Shown in pieces: positions 1 through 14,200 of a stretch of 64,000 bases of DNA. A program made the position numbers and the translations under genes. How positions within the stretch are numbered: the stretch's first letter is position 1; each line of letters opens with the position of its first letter. Location of the stretch: contig CM041465.1 of assembly GCA_023213395.1 (NCBI GenBank), forward strand, positions 75,089,741 to 75,153,740, read 5' to 3'. The notes under the pieces were generated by a model that saw nothing but the letters and a program-made list of their open reading frames with translations, was not told the origin of the DNA and did no database searches. This DNA comes from Cycas panzhihuaensis (Eukaryota; Plantae; Cycadophyta).

Positions 1-716
1 GAGCTCATGAAGATAGCCAACCAATACATAACACACTATATAGACATCTAGTTGGTAGTTTGATCTATTTAATTATAATTAGGCTAGATATTTCATTCAT
101 AATTGGATTATTATCCAGATTTATAAAAGCACAAAAGTAATATCATTGGTTAGATATAAAGCAAATACTTTTATACTTAAATAGAATATTATAGTATAGA
201 TTGAAGTTTATTCATAATGATAACTTCATGCTGGTTGGTTTCATTAATTCAGATTGGTTTGGATGTGCCAATATCAAAAGAGCAACATCTGGTTACTATT
301 TTAGTCTTGATTTAGCATCCATAATATGAAGCAACAAGAAGCAACTAAACATTGCACTCTCCTCAATTGAAGTAGAATATAAAGTTAGAATTGTAGTAGT
401 AATTGAAGTAATTTAGCTTAGACAAATTCTTGGAAATTTAGGTCTTTATTAAGAGGATGCTACAACTCTATATCATGACAATTAGAGCACTTTAAAATTG
501 GCCAAGAAACTTGTATTTCATGTATGCACCAAGCATATTGAAGTACATTATCATTCCATTTGAAACCAAATCTATAAGGGTGAAATTGAGTTAATCTACA
601 TGTTTATAGATAAGCACTTAGTGAACATCTTTACCAAACCTTTTAGTCGAAAAAAATTCCAAAAATTTAGAGAAAGGTTAGGTGTCATAGTTGATGATGT
701 AACTATTAAGGGGGAG
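1..716 (+). mobile_element. Degenerate Ty1/Copia RT-RNase H 3' end ending in a PPT
   Basis: Decayed Copia RNase H motifs read on + (SDW.G..RATSGY, ALSSIEVEY, KLAKKLVFH..TKHIEVHYH, IFTKP) with many stops. PPT AAGGGGGAG at 708-716. Confidence 0.85.
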
Positions 717-999
717 TATTATATTATTTGGGCAATATAAGTTAATATTTACATTAAGTATCTTGCCTAATGTGTATTTATATAAATTGTAATTAGTTGA
801 GGTCATGTCACATGTGTGCATTTAACTATAAGGTAGTTACATACAACTATTTATTTATTATATATACACATTGTTTTGATGGTTGTATTATTATTGAATA
901 TATGAATGAGTTGAAAATTTTAAGGGTAGACTAATTCTACCTAGAATTCTTAATGTATTTTCTTAATCTTTCTCTTGAACACTTTGATTTTCAGCATCA
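717..999 (+). repeat. Probable 3' LTR of the Copia above
   Basis: Starts TATT (decayed TGTT) right after the PPT; possible end at ...GCATCA near 999. The partner LTR is outside the window, so the end is uncertain. Confidence 0.5.
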
Positions 1000-1715
1000 A
1001 TCATTAATTATTTTAAGTTAAATTTGGTCTTAATTAATAATTTAAAGTAAATACAACCTCTAATAGTTTGTAATTAAGATTGTGAACCTAAAAATTATAT
1101 AATTTTCTCATATGATATTTGTTTGGGACCTACAATTATTTATTTTGAACCTAATGAGAAGATCTAAACCATGATCCATGTTTCATAATATAGTTCTTTT
1201 TGTTTTCAAGGCTATAATTACAAGATAATTCATATGTTCTCATTCTAAATATGACTTGGTCTATTAGGAGTGGTAGGCACATAATAATCCCCCCCTATTA
1301 ATATGATTTACCCTTAAATCTCAAATATATCTACATGATATTACCACAATGATTCACCTCTAATTTGAAGTTGGTGCATATGTTTAGGGGTTGACCAAAC
1401 ATGGTTGGTCATCGGTCAAGCTAAATGAGAATTGTGTAACAATTGACCATATATATTTTATTTTATCCTATGTTGACCTACTATTATATTTGTATTATTT
1501 TGTTTTATATGTGGTTGTTTCATATGAATGATAATACTAACATGAGTATTTATATGCTAACCATGGTTATTCTATATAAATCTTAGATAAAAGATCATAA
1601 GTAGAACTATAACTAATTTGAAAAGAGGAATGCAAGTCATATGATACTAACTAAATGAATATGAACTTCAAACTTACATATATGTAAAGTACCTATAACT
1701 TTGAGAATTAGTGAC

Positions 1716-2040
1716 TTTTTTTTTTTTTTGATATGGTAAAATGATATTAAAGGGGTTTTAACTGGGTCCCCAAACCCTGTACATCAGAGCCTTCCGGCTT
1801 TACAAAGATGACCATGACAAGCCCATGGTCTAGCCCAATATGAATTCACTCATCCTCCTCATTCCGCCTCCCCTATGTGTGCTTCAGCCCTGACCAGTCT
1901 CAGTAGCTCCTCCAGGAAATTCTCTTTCCAAACTTTCGTTCTCTTATTCACCACTGCCCAATTTGCCAACCAATCTGCTGCCGAGTTCCCTTCCCTAAAG
2001 GTGTGCTGTATCTGAACACCAACTCTAGTTCTCAGAATAT
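1716..2040 (-). mobile_element. 5'-truncated LINE (plant L1-type ORF2 RNase H C-terminus, 3' UTR, poly(A))
   Basis: Minus strand reads IQHTFREGNSAADWLANWAVVNKRTKVWKENFLEELLRLVRAEAHIGEAE*, matching the H..REGN..AD.LA RNase H motif. T14 at 1716-1729 is the poly(A) tail. More GC-rich than flanks. Confidence 0.85.
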
Positions 2041-2358
2041 TTATTCACTTGAGAGTTACTACATATTATCAAGAAAATATTTTATAGTAGCATATATTAA
2101 GGGTCAGGTAGAAGTATAACTAAGTATTTTTTGATATACATAGTAAAGTTCATATTTATGTGTTTTTTATTAAGGATATATTATAGCTTAAAAGTGGTAA
2201 TAACTTATTATCATTAGAGTCTTACTATTTAGAGAGTTTTATAGGTGTAAGTACTACAAGGTCAATACATCATATATATAATTATTATGGAATTCTTATT
2301 AATTTATTCTTGCATTTAGGTATTTAGATATTATATATGTAGGTATTTTATGGATTAT

Positions 2359-2502
<144 letters not shown>

Positions 2503-2542
2503 AGATTATAATCATACACAAATATTAACATTTACTTATCAT

Positions 2543-3950
2543 AGTTTTCCCCCTTTATTGAGACTACATAGTGCATCCTAATCATACTCTTTTATGATAA
2601 AATACTTATCTTCAACATTTGCTAAAGTACTACCTCAATTGATGCTTCTGTACTTCTCTCTTCTTCTTCTTCAACTCTATATCTTTATTGACTATCTCTT
2701 CCTCTATAACTCATGCAACTTCTTTGTTCTTCTCCATATATCCTCATCATTCTTCTTGAAAATTTCCCATAAGTCTTCCTTTATTAAATTTGCATCACTT
2801 CAACTTCTAAATATTTTTGCATTATCATAAATGGTGACAATTTATAGTCCTTGTAGGCTCACCTCTTTGCTTAGATTTTCTTGGCATCTTCTTGCCACTT
2901 GTAAGTCTACCACTTCTCACGAGATTCTCACCTCACAAATCGCTCATTTTTCTAACTCTCTCCTTACTACATCTCCTCTCACTTCTAATATTCAAATCCC
3001 CACATAGTTATAAATCCCAAGCATGCAAGATATCAATATGCATATTCCTCATTACATGGATGATATTATTTTAGTTTCATAGCTTGCTACTTCACCATAA
3101 TCTCATTTCACTCAACTCTTCATAACCTATGAAGTTTAGACATGTAAGATGTTAACACATGTCCTTCTACTTAAATGATTGACATTCATCATCGTGTTGC
3201 TCAATATTCAATAAACTTCCTTTTTGAAGACTCATTTTATGCCCTCATTTAACCTTTAATGTTTTCCTTATAGTACAAACTTGTGAAATGCCTCATCACG
3301 ATATTTACCTAATGTTTCCACGTGTGTGCTAATCTAACAATTATTATTCATTTTGTATCCTACTCTCTTATGGCATGCTTCTATCTCTAACTTTTTTCCT
3401 ATTTCTCAAATAAGTAAAAGGCTTCATCATGAATCCACACATCTACTAATTAATGGTCACAATTCACTTTGTAGCTCACTTACAAATCTTTATCTCATAA
3501 TGATCAATATCCCTAATACCTTTCTTCAACTAGAACACTTCCTATAGAATGCTAACTCATAATGCCTTTATCCTATAGTTTAATTATACGTTGCCATACA
3601 TTCTGTCATACACTTCACAGGAATTTTGCTTCATGAATTCCTCTTTTACAAATGTATATTTCTCACAACTTATTCAAAACTCTATATTAAGAAGTACCTT
3701 TACCATGAAACTATGTCTTGTGAAATTTTTACTTCATAGACCTCTTCCTTGTAGCTGTTAGCCATTATGGACTTGAAACTTTATCTATAGTGAAACACCA
3801 ACTTGTAATTCATCTATAACAAAAACTCCACTTACAAAGATCATTAAAATCTACAACTTTGTAAGTGTTTATGTGTGATTAAAATTCTCAAAAATCACAC
3901 ACATACAAAAAGAAAAGAACTGTTTATAGTGATTCTCAAGCATTACTCTC
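2543..3950 (-). mobile_element. Highly decayed Gypsy-like remnant (RT/RNase H traces, PPT)
   Basis: Minus-strand PPT-like AAAGGGGGAAAAC near 2544-2556 followed by TATGATA; faint RT/RNase H-like traces at 3280-3900. Confidence 0.35.
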
Positions 3951-4139
3951 ATGGCTACAAAAGAAACTTATACATATTACATGAGATTTTGCTCATATAC
4001 TTTCTTAAATTCCTTCCATTTTAGTTCATCCAGATTTTACACTTCAATTCTTAGTCCCCAGAAGCTATCTTACTATGGAAATGCCAACTATTTAATGAGG
4101 TATTAATTATACCTTTCATATCTCATTTCCATCATCTAT

Positions 4140-5623
4140 TTGTTAAGTATTTCTTTTATCTTCTCTCTTCTTCTTTGGTACCTATTTTTTCTAATCCTTA
4201 AAATATTTTATTATATATTTATCACCTAGCCATAAGTATATAAGTTAGCAGTGTTAAATATGAGAGAGAGATATAATTCATTAAGTAATTTAATCTAAGA
4301 GGAACTGGGTTTAATATTTTTTAAAACCTTACAAGGGTTTATTTTCTTAAGCTTAAGTTTATTGTAGGGTTCTTTTGGAAATCTTTCTCTTTGTAAATAC
4401 ACCATTAAAAGTTCTCTTATATTAAACTCTTTAGATTAACTTACATAAATATTTACTTCCTTGTATTTCTAAGAGCTAACTTCCAACTATTATTGGATTT
4501 CTTCATGCATCTATTTCAACCTTTCACCAAGTGACTTTACATCATTGCTTGCATGTTCATTTACTGGTAATTGAACCAAATCCACAACAATTTGAGATGT
4601 CTTAATTTACCTATAGACCTATTCACCAAACCCTTATATATAACTCATCTTATGATAGTATATTATCCCACTACTTCAGTTTATCACTTACTAAGCTTCT
4701 TAATAGATTCTTGAATGATTTGTTCACTACCTTTTTCTATCCATCTATTTGAGGATAATATGCATTATTGAATTGTAACTTGTATTTAACTTTTTCCATA
4801 ACATTATCTAGAATTGACTCAAAAATCTAGTATATCTATTAGAAGTGGTATGCTTTGCTAAACTATAAAGTCTTATAATTTTTATAAAAAATAGCTCTAT
4901 AACCCTACTTACATCGTTCATCTTTTTACATAGTAGAAAATTTACTATTTTTGAAAAAGAATCAACAACAACAAAGATAGAATTATTACCTCATTATGTA
5001 GTAGGCAATCCAAGCACAAAGTCCACTGAAATATCCATTGAAGGCTCTATTGGGATTGGTAAAGATTGATATAATCCAATATTTTATGATTTCCCTATGG
5101 CCATTTGACAAATTATATACCTCTTCATAAATTTAACAACCTACTTGAACATTCCTAGCTAAAAGTATCTCTCATCTAGGAGTCCAAAAGTGTTGTCCTA
5201 ACTAAAATATTCACTAAGACCTATACCATGTAATTCACATTGATGCTCTCTCTCATGGAATTATTAGATATGTATAATATTTTACCTTAAATAAGCACCC
5301 CCCCCTATAAAAGACTATCATCAAAAGATTTACCAATATATGTTAGTGGATTGCCCATTACCTTTATAAAATCCTTAACCTATGCATAATTTTCCTTAAT
5401 AGCTTCAAATCCTACAACTTCATTTCACATAATGGAAATCAATATATCTCTTCTACTAAGTGTATTTGACACCTAATTAGATTTTTCAAACATATGATTA
5501 ATCATAAGGGTATAACTTTGAAGAAGTTCAATCCACTTTGTATGCTTTACTCTAAGCTTAACTTATGAATTAATAAACTTTAGATCATAGTGGCCAATAT
5601 ATAGGACAAACTCATTAGAGAGT
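4140..5623 (-). mobile_element. Degenerate Gypsy (CRM-like) RNase H end and integrase; outermost host of the nest
   Basis: Minus strand reads EFVLYIGH..LKFIN...L..KHTKWIE, then GLYQSLPIP.EP..DISVDFVLGLP.T...NSIFVVVD.FSK, and a C-terminal FN.A.L..Y. Cut abruptly at 5623 by the next element. Confidence 0.8.
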
Positions 5624-7238
5624 TGTTTCCTTAAAATTTTAGCCTCTTAGTATCCATGTATTATTTCCTCTTCATTTTTATTTAATTAGAAATAATTTAT
5701 TTAATGTGATATTCTCTTGTGCTATGAGTACCTAATTTTTAGGACATTGATGATTAGAAAGTGTAGCTCTACTGTGCAGAGATCAAAGACTTATCCTCTT
5801 CATACTATTAGCCACCCCTTTTTAACTATGAATTGCCTCATTCTTGGACATTATTTCATTAATTTGTATGCTCATATTTTCTTGAGAAATTTTATTTTTA
5901 TATTTTTATGAATTTGATGGGATCACCTTGCCATGTTTACATTGAATATGTCAAGAATATTAGTAGGACTGTAATATTATGTTATAAATTAGGGTGTTAT
6001 AATCAAATTTCTTAGTAGAATCTAATATTGTGACATAAATTATGGTAGTATTGTTAAAATTCTTGGTGGTACTACCAAACTTTATGACAAAACTAGTGTA
6101 ATTATGGAAAAATACTACTTATTTTGGTGATATTAACTATGCAACTCTAGAATTAAAAAGAAATCAAGATTTTTTGTATCATTTTGCTTTCAATTTTTAT
6201 TTTTTTACTTAACCAAACATAACTAAAGATACTATGAGCCAAAAATACAATGGTTTCTTATCAAAACTATATTATATAGTGCCTTATTTAATCTTGAAAG
6301 CTCATTCAGTATGCGGTCTTTTGTTGGTCCATTGGTCTTTTAAGTATTCTTTGCTTTAAAATTTCATTCTTTATCACATTGAGTTTTGGTCATTGATGAT
6401 TCTTATTTTGTAGCGGTATTTGGTGCTTATGGGTATTATTTGCTTGCTTATAAAAACATTCTAGTATCTCTCTCTTAGTTATTAAAGTTACTGGGTCACC
6501 TAGAGTGCTTTGGATCAATCTCTTGTGGTGCCTCGTCACTTAGGGGCCTCTCCCTTGAAGATTTAGCTTGTTGAAGTGGCTTCTTTTTATAAGCTTATTG
6601 TCTAATTTATTTTAACAATTAGTCACTTCTCGATGACAAATTTTTTTCCCTTCTCTTTCAAATTTTATAAGGAGTTAGTGGTAGTGTAGTGATCTAGTTC
6701 TACTTTTATAGCAACTTTCCTCAAAATATAGGTAATGATCCACAAAAGATAATAACTAGATGCTATTCAATAGTAAAATAAATAAGGAATAAAAATTACA
6801 GAATCCACCAAAGTAAACAATAATATTTATTATCAAATAATACCAAAATAGAATGAAATTACAACAAAATACCTATCTTTCTTGAAGAAGTAAGCTTCCC
6901 TCTTCGAGGTGAGGAACCCTCCAAACTATAGCCCCCAAATGGGTGAGCTAATTGCAGCCCTAGAACCAAAAATGTGCAACCAAAAGAACCTCCAATGATG
7001 GTTTGGGATGCAGCCCAAACTTCCTATTTATAATGATCGAAATACTTCAATTAGAAGTCGGCCAAACTAGGTGATATTCTTCTTAATACTGCTCAAATGG
7101 AAGTTAGCTAGAACTTCTCCAAAATTGGCAGGCTAACTTTAAACAGTCATAAATTTTGATATAGATATCAGAATTGACTTTTGTCTAAATCGTTAGAATC
7201 GTCGTTTAGAGACCTGTGATTTGAATGGTAATAAGGTG

Positions 7239-7259
7239 TATATATATATATATATATAC

Positions 7260-7327
<68 letters not shown>
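7239..7327. repeat. (TA)n microsatellite in the left LTR only
   Basis: The sister LTR has only CTATATTTATTTT at the matching position (~9429-9441). Confidence 0.95.
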
Positions 7328-7329
<2 letters not shown>

Positions 7330-8329
7330 CCATATTTTAGAATGTTACAATTCCCCTTTCCTAAAATTAATACTTCGCCCTCAAAGTATTGAGAAATGCT
7401 TATAACTTTATCTAATCTTCTAACCACCTCCTACTATATCTTGTAGGTCATGAAGATTTACCTCGATCTTGTGTCTTTTATGAGGTTACACTAGCAAGCA
7501 TCTTGGACTTGTCGATGTTTGTTCTTGGGACCAAGTACCTGTGATGCCTTATTCTGAATTGAAAGGATCCTATGACCTGTGAGGTATCTCAAATGTCTTG
7601 TCCTAGTCTTGCCTTGCATTTGCACCTTTTGTTTCTAAATGGGATGGATTTTAGAAAAATATGTAAAGGCTTCAGGAATAGAATTGATTGTGAGGGTCAA
7701 GGATTGATGATTATCTATTGTGGGAAAAAGAAATGGAGGAATTGTAAACTAAGATTAAGCATAGCTTTGAAGGTATAGAAAGAAAGGATAAAATTTGGAA
7801 TATGTCTTATATAGAGATGTAAGTTTGTACAAGTTTTATTGAATCACAACTCATTTTGGGAGAAAAAGATGGATGGGGGATTAGTGATAGAGTTTCTTTA
7901 TGAAAAAAAGACTTTAATAGGGTTGTAAGATGGGTATTCAAATAATTGAAGAAATTTAACAAAAAAAGATAATATTGATAATATGGAATTGAAGAGGCAT
8001 GGAAAAGATCAAACTAGGTTTTGTAAGGGATAATACTAAAAGATGAAACCTGATGAACAGATTAAAGTTGAAGGGTGTCATAATGAGGATTGTTTATAGG
8101 GGGTGAAGGAGTAGGTGCATGAAGAGATGGAGTAGGGTTACAGAGGGAAATTAGAATTTGGCCTACGAAAAAACTAAGGTTAGAAAAATTAGGAGCATGG
8201 CTAATTATGGGTTGAGGAGAGAAGGGCTTTTGTATTACTATTGAACTAAGGAAAGAGAGAGGACATACAAAACTACCGAAAAAAATATGCATGTGTAATG
8301 CAGGATCAATGGGTACCTTGCATGAGATT

Positions 8330-8832
8330 TGTTAAGAAAAATCTGCTTGTTCTTTATTATCTTTGCACTGCTCTTATGTAACTTTACCTTGGATTTCCTC
8401 TCTGATATTGAAATGAGACTCTTCTGTTGCTTGTACATGCTCCAAATCTTCTATGTCATCATATTGTTTTCTTCGGGCTAGATCTTGTTCTAGCACTTGT
8501 AAAACCTCTAGGATCTCCTCATCAATAATGTGTTCTTCTTACCCTTCCTCATCTACTTAAACCTCACCCTACTTATGTTCTTTAAAAGTTGTGGTAGCTA
8601 CCTCTAAAAATTGGTACCATAGAAAAGGTTCTTTAGCCTAATTAATGAACCACTCATAAGCTCATCCATTCAGTATCATTTCTAATAATGGTCCATATTC
8701 TTCCATTTTTGTATCAGACATAAACTCAAAATCTTTTATCAATTTTTTCATGCTCTCATAGTCCTCCAAATTAAAAGAATCTATTTCTATTTTTTTTTCT
8801 CAGGCTTTATATGTTCCTAGTGTTCTTCCCAT
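8330..8832 (-). pseudogene. Decayed Gypsy gag-like ORF with acidic tail
   Basis: MGRTLGTYKA*EKKIEIDSFNLEDY...LLEMILNG*AYEWFIN*AKEPFLWYQFLEVATTTF fits the L.G.A..W...W..F gag pattern. Several stops are explicable as CGA/CAG to TGA/TAG decay. Confidence 0.6.
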
Positions 8833-11226
8833 GTTTTGCCATGTCCTTTCCCTTCGAAATGAAGCTCTGATACCACTTGTAGTGATCTAGTTCTACTTTT
8901 ATAGCAAATTTCCTTAAAATATAGGTAATAATCCACAAAAGACAATAACTAGATGCTATTCAATAGTAAAATGAATAAGGAACAAGAATTACAAAATCCA
9001 CCAAAGTAAATAATAATATTTATTATCAAATAATACTAAAATAGAATAAAATTACAACAAAATACCAGTCTTTCTTAAAGAAGTGAGCTTCCCTCTTCGA
9101 GGCAAGGAACCCTCTAAACTACAACCTCCAAATGGGTGAGTGAATTGCAACCCTAGAACCGAAAATATGCAACCAAAAGAACCTCTGACGATGATTTGGG
9201 ATGCAGCCTAAACTTCTTATTTATAGCAATCAAAATACTTCAATTAGAAGTCAGCCGAACTGGGTGATATTCTTCTTAATACTGCTCAAATAGAAGTTGG
9301 CTAGAACTTCTCCAAAATTGGCAGGCTAACTTTAAATGGTCATAACTTTTGATATAGATGTCAGAATTGACTTTCATCTAAACCATTGGAATCGTCATTT
9401 AGAGACCTTTGATTTGAATGGTAATAAGCTATATTTATTTTTACCATATTTTGGAATGTTATAGGTAGGCTTACCTTTCATCTTATTTCAAGTAATGTCT
9501 TTCATTAATTCACTTATGTCCTTGGTTTCTTCTTTCAAAAATTTAGTTTAGATCTTGTTTCTCATTATATCTAAGTATCTTCCATCACTTGGTAAGTATT
9601 GGGCTTGAGATCTTCCTCTTGCCTTTTATCCATATTGTGCTAGTTTTGTTATACTATATGCTTGTATTGCTCTTGCTTCTCTCTATCTTATTATGTATCA
9701 AGTTGATTATGATTTGAATGACTCCTTTTCTAATCTTCTTACTTGTTGGAAGTCCTTTATAGTTGATTTTACTTGAGATTATTTAGGATTTGCTTGTTAT
9801 CGTGGGTTTACTTCTTTTATTTTTATTAGACCTCTTATTGTCTTCTTTATTTATTTGCAATTGGGCTTCCAATTAAGGGACTTAACCTTGATTATGGCAT
9901 TGGTTAAGACTGATATCCCTTTTATATTTGAACCTGCTTGAATTCTATACACATTACCTCCCCCACCTCCTCCTTTCACTTACTAGTAGTATAAGAGGAG
10001 GTTACATCACCTCACCACCCATCCCCCCCTTAGTATTTTAATAACATCCTTAGTAGTCATATGTTATTAGTTGTAAGTCAGTAAGATGCCATATGCCTTT
10101 TAAGGTTCAATTTCCTATACTATTTATTTGGTGTATTGAGAATGTGTTCCTCTAAAGTTTAAGTACAAGTGAAAATGTATGCATATATTAGAGAGGGACC
10201 ACTCAACACTAGGGGCATAGGAACTTTAGTTAGGTGACTTTATAAGATTCTTCTTCTCTCTCCTTCCTACTTCTTTATTCTTCCCTTCTCTACCTATTTC
10301 TTCTTCTTAATCTCCTCTAAGTCATCACCTTGTTCAAACTTACTACCTTATCTAGACTTACCTCAACTTTATATACTCTTATATCCTCTTGCCTTGTATT
10401 GAGTCTCACCTTGAGTTAGATTTAGACTAATTAGCATACCCTCTTTGGTAGCCTTTCCTTCTACACCCCCTCTTTTTATGAGAGGGCTATTTATTTAGGA
10501 CCACCCAAATCTTGAGTGAATATTCTAATAAGCATATTAGGAAGTGCCGTTGTGCTTCCTCTTTGATCATATTTTATCTTCTCTTAATCACACAAAATCC
10601 TTCATTCTCCTTCTTCCCTTCTTTTACCACTTTGTTTTTCTTTTTTCTTCTATTCATGATGGTGAGTAGGAGAAAACCTATTACCTTTAAAGTGTCTAGA
10701 TGTTTTACTCATATTTAGGGACTTTATCTTATAGGATGCATGATTCCATTTCTTTACCTAATATTCATGAGACCTAAAGACTTGTAAAGTCTAATGAAGG
10801 GGTTGATATGACCCCTCAATCTCCTCCCCTACTTCCTTCTCGTCCTCATCCCTAACCTTTATCCACTCATATTCATAGCAGGCCATTCCATTTATTAGAT
10901 GTTTCACCATAATTGGTCCTTTTTCCATTATTAGGTTCATATCTAGGATGGTTAACTCTTGTACTTTTGTAATGAATATCTCTTTGATGGTATGATTTAT
11001 TAATGGTTTGATTTTGGTTGATCATCTCCTGTCTTAATCCTGGATTTAGATATGCTTGATCATTAATTATATGATTTTAGACGATGGAATATTGATTAGA
11101 TGATTATTTATATATGATGATGATGATATTGTTGTCGATGACTGACACTATGATCCATTATAAAGCTTTTGTTGAGTATAATTCCCATCTTGCTCCAAGT
11201 TTCCTTCTCTTTATTTAATTTTTTAC

Positions 11227-14200
11227 TAGGACATTTCTTCTCGCTAATACTCTTGAGATAGTAGAGAATTTAACAATCACAACAGCGTCTTCTTATCCAA
11301 CAGAGCAAACAAGCTAACCAAGAGTTTCACAGAAACACCAGAGCACTAAATGATCACCAAAATATTGAAAGTACTGCAGTACAATCTTTATAAAAATGTT
11401 CTATCAAGATAACTATCATTTACAATTTATGACCCTTATATAGACAAAATAGGGTCTTATACATGTAATCCTATTGGCAGCCTAAGTGTCCTTACATTTT
11501 ATTGGACGGTAGCACCCATGCATACTATTGGCCCGCTAAACGGCACATGTACAAAGTTCCATAGTGGTTTACATAACTTAGTCGAATAAGTTATGTAACA
11601 AGTCCCCTCCCCTAGGATGCCGAGTCCTCGAGGCATGTGAGATGCAGGTGCTTTTTGACAAACTCATCAGACTCCCAAGTTGCTTCATCGTAGGTGCAGC
11701 CTGTCCACTATATCAAATATTCTAAAATGGACCAATTCCAGAGACAGCGTTGTCTAGTAGCCAGGATACATTCTGGAGGTACGGACAAGGTTTGCTCTTC
11801 ATCCAAAATTGGAAGGGTTGTCTGGGAAGTATGGGTTTTACTTAGACACTTTTGAAGACAAGAGATATGAAAAACATTATGGATGTTTATGGTGGGGGGA
11901 AGGTTGAGAGCATATGCAACTTTACCAATACGTTTAAGGACTTGATAGGGGCCATAATACTAAGGGCTAAGTTTCTAGTTCTTATGATGGTGAAGGGATT
12001 ATTGCTTATAAGGTTGGAGATGAAGAAATACTAGATCCCCAATGTTGAAAGAGCGATCAGAGTGGTGGTGGTCTGCTAATTATTTCATTCGATTTTGGGC
12101 CATGGATAGGTTTTTTTTAAGGGTGTGGAGAATTTGGTCCATATGCTGTAATTTTTATTGCACTGCTACCATACAGAGGTTGGTAGCTAAGGTGTGGTGG
12201 GATAGTGGGAGATACCCATAGAGAGCCAAAAATGGGGACATTCCAATGGCTGAATAGTGTGAGGAGTTATACCAATACTCAGCTAGAGATAACCATGATG
12301 TCCATTTAGATTGGTGGCCAAATGCAAAGCAACGTAAGTAGGCTCTAGAGTTTTTTTAAGGACCTCAGACTAGCCATCGGTCTATGGATGGTATGCAAAA
12401 CTCATGTTGAATGATGTACCTGATGCGCAGTAGCTCTTGCCAAAAGCAGCTAGTGAATTTAGGGCCACGATCGCATATAATGGTGGAAATGAAATATTGT
12501 CTAGATGTAGATATCAGTGATGTGTGGGGATTTATAGGTTGTGTGGATGGATAAGAAGTGGATATATTTTGTCATCTGATCTATGACTACTAAAATAGAG
12601 TCAGATCCAGTTAATGGTGGTAGGGCCATTATAAAGTCCATGGCAATATCTTACCATTTACCTTATGGGATGTGCAATGGTTGAAGGAGGCCCGGTTGGG
12701 GTTTTGTATCAGCTTTGTTATATTGGCATGTATCACATTCTAAGACAAAGGTAAGGATGGCGGATTTTATTTCTGGCCAAAAGAAGTCAGAACAAATCCT
12801 ACGGTAAGTTTTATCAAAACCAAAATGGCCGCTAAGAGGGGAAGAATGATATTCTGATAAAATCTGTGGCATAAAAGTTGAGAGGGGATGTACGAATATG
12901 CGATTTTGATATAAGAGAAGAGTATTATGGATGGACCAATCCTTATGAGTGTGGACCTTATTGGCCCAATGTGTAAAATCATGTTGGTTTTGGTTAGCCA
13001 TGGCTAAATCCTGTAGCCATGTTGGCTGTGGGGAGGAAATGGCATAAATGGTGGGGTCCTCAGTATGACTAGTGTTATCGCTAAGTGTAGGTGAAGGCAA
13101 CCTCGAGAGAGCATCTTCCACGATGTTATCTTTCCCCTTTTTATATGTGATTGTAAAATCAAAAACTTGGAGGTGGCTGACCCATTTCACATGCTCTTCT
13201 GAGAGGACTGGTTGATCTAGTAAATGACGAAGGCTATGATGATTAGTGAGGATAGTTAATTTAGAACCAAGTAGATACTATTGCCACTTGTCAACAGCAT
13301 GGAGGATGGCCCATATTTCTTTTTGATAGGTAGAAAGTCTACACTCATGATCTTTGAGTTTTCAAATTTGAAGGTAATGGGGTGGAAGTCTTGCATTAAG
13401 ACCGCACGTAATCCAAACCCAGAGGCATCACACTCTAATTGGAAATGCCAAGAAAAGTCAGGGGAGGCCAAAACTGGGGTGGTTGTTATGACCTCCTTTA
13501 AATGGAGGAAGGCCTCATTAGCTGAGAGGGACCACTAGAAGGAATCCTTCTAAAGTAAGTGGGTTAAGGGAGTGGTTAGGGTGGCATAATTTTGAATGAA
13601 CCGATGATAGAATCTAGTAAGTCCTAGGAAAGTCTACAATTGGGTCAGGGTTTTTAGGGTTGGCTAATTAGTGATGACAAAGATTTTATCAGGATCCACC
13701 CAAACCCCTACAAAGGATATAATATGCCCAAGGTATTGTAATTCAGATTTCTCAAATTCACATTTGGAGAGCTTAGCATACAATTTATTCTCATCAGGAT
13801 TTGAAGGATTGTTTCTAAATGTGGGATGTAGGCCCGCATGTTTGAACTATAGATAAGAATATCATTGAAGAAGATGATGACAAATTGTCATAAGTATTAG
13901 GAAAATATATTGTTCATGAGGGCCTGAAAGGTGGCCGGAGCATTGCATAGGCCAAAGGGCATGACTTGGAACTCAAAGTGGCCATGGTGGGTTTAGAAAG
14001 TTGTTTTATGTTGATCTTTTGGCAAGATGGGGATTTGGTAGTATCCTGACTATAAATCAAGCTTGGTGAAAATTATAGCGCCATGGATTTCATCTAACAT
14101 GTCATTGATTCGTGGCGTGGGAAACTTATTTTTTATGGTGATTTTATTAAGCACACGATAGTCAACACAAAGTTGGAAAGAGCCATCCTTCTTGCGAACT

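Larger units (their letters stand above)
6685..9463 (-). mobile_element. Non-autonomous gag-only Gypsy/chromovirus derivative (TR-GAG-like), 2.8 kb
   Basis: LTRs 6685-7349 and 8878-9463; perfect TSD GGTAG (6680-6684, 9464-9468); tRNA-iMet PBS (rc TGGTATCAGAGC) at 8864-8875; PPT at 7350-7361; no pol. Confidence 0.92.
5624..10122 (+). repeat. 5' LTR of the level-1 Gypsy (~1.7 kb net, interrupted by 6685-9463)
   Basis: Homology to 60355-61284; 3' end inferred from the PBS-like sequence at ~10129. Confidence 0.65.

Noticed and set aside
1000-1330. Another minus-strand LTR remnant (PPT-like run at ~1288-1296)
   Set aside because: No partner LTR, TSD or coding trace supports it.
1700-2062. TSD for the LINE (TTGAGAATTA vs TTGAGAGTTA)
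   Set aside because: The match is short and imperfect and its register is unclear.
7206-7427. 73-aa ORF with IYIYIY run
   Set aside because: It is a translation of the (TA)n microsatellite in an LTR.
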